A stretch of DNA of 64,000 bases, from assembly GCA_027036135.1 (NCBI GenBank), contig JALVSY010000007.1:804880-868879 (forward strand), in the 5' to 3' direction. Positions 63,397 through 64,000 of the stretch are shown here, piece after piece. Made by a program: the position numbers and the translations under genes. Below the pieces are notes generated by a model that was not told where the DNA came from, ran no database searches, and saw only the letters and a program-made list of their open reading frames with translations. Positions within the stretch are counted from its first letter, which is position 1; each line of letters begins with the position of its first letter. This DNA is from Pyrodictiaceae archaeon. Lineage in GTDB: Archaea > Thermoproteota > Thermoprotei_A > Sulfolobales > Pyrodictiaceae.

Positions 63397-64000
63397 GTGG
63401 CCCAAGACTCTCGTCGCCTCCTAGTCGAAGCAGAAAAGATCCTTCATCGTGCAGTAGTTGATCTCCTCGGATACGACGAAGACACATATGAGGCACTTCG
63501 TCACCCGGAGAGAGTTATACAGGTCAAGATCCCCGTCCGTATGGATAACGGCAAGGTCAAGGTATTCATTGGGTGGAGAAGCGAGCACAATAGCGCCCTC
63601 GGCCCCTACAAGGGCGGCATAAGGTATCACCCAGAGACAACAAAGGAGGAAGTAATCGCGCTTAGCATGATGATGACCTGGAAGAACGCTCTAGCAGGCC
63701 TCCCCTATGGTGGTGGCAAGGGTGGTATCCGCGTAGATCCACACGCTCTCTCAACACGCGAGCTCGAGCAGCTTTCACGTGGCTTCATAAGAGGAATATA
63801 CAAGTACATAGGCCCCGACAGGGACATACCCGCTCCCGACGTATACACGAACCCGCAGATAATGGCATGGATGATGGACGAGTACTATAGGCTCACCGGC
63901 GACAATGCCTTTGCAATGATAACTGGTAAGCCAAAGATACTAGGCGGTATGGAGACAAGGATCATCGCAACCGGTTTCGGTACAGCCGTGGCAGCCAGAG
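63397..64000 (+). CDS. gdhA: Glutamate dehydrogenase (5' part, runs off the window; absent from the ORF track)
   Basis: Manual translation from GTG 63397 gives [48 protein letters not shown]. Confidence 0.96.
   Translation, partial: MAQDSRRLLVEAEKILHRAVVDLLGYDEDTYEALRHPERVIQVKIPVRMDNGKVKVFIGWRSEHNSALGPYKGGIRYHPETTKEEVIALSMMMTWKNALAGLPYGGGKGGIRVDPHALSTRELEQLSRGFIRGIYKYIGPDRDIPAPDVYTNPQIMAWMMDEYYRLTGDNAFAMITGKPKILGGMETRIIATGFGTAVAAR

Overview
A gene-dense chromosomal segment of a hyperthermophilic crenarchaeon. Cren7, the GGGGTG/GAGGTG Shine-Dalgarno (SD) motifs, and the gene content and order point to Desulfurococcales, probably Pyrodictiaceae (inference). It is mostly core genome: a split A-type ATP synthase locus, Cdc48, aIF-1A/Rio1/Dim2, a biotin-dependent acyl-CoA carboxylase cluster, TmcA, five tandem CBS-only genes, the PAN/MBF1/HflX/Trm56/TFE/C5-methyltransferase cluster, ahcY, cren7, mvk, rpl35ae, folE, ppa, feoB and the start of gdhA. 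RNA genes are an intron-containing tRNA-Pro(GGG), tRNA-Ile2(CAT) and about 11 C/D-box guide sRNA candidates read by eye in intergenic gaps. I saw no CRISPR array, transposase or integrase. The main leads are: (1) repeated apparent CTG initiation, including in the aIF-1A gene itself; (2) a Zn-less, PUA-less TGT/DpdA-like transglycosylase near folE, a radical SAM gene, a glycosyltransferase and a candidate tRNA-wobble guide RNA; (3) a stand-alone GGDEF-like palm protein; (4) the CBS array; (5) an O-methyltransferase split by an (AG)5 slip. All assignments come from motif recognition; no searches were run. sRNA targets rest on recalled archaeal rRNA/tRNA consensus sequences that are not in this window.
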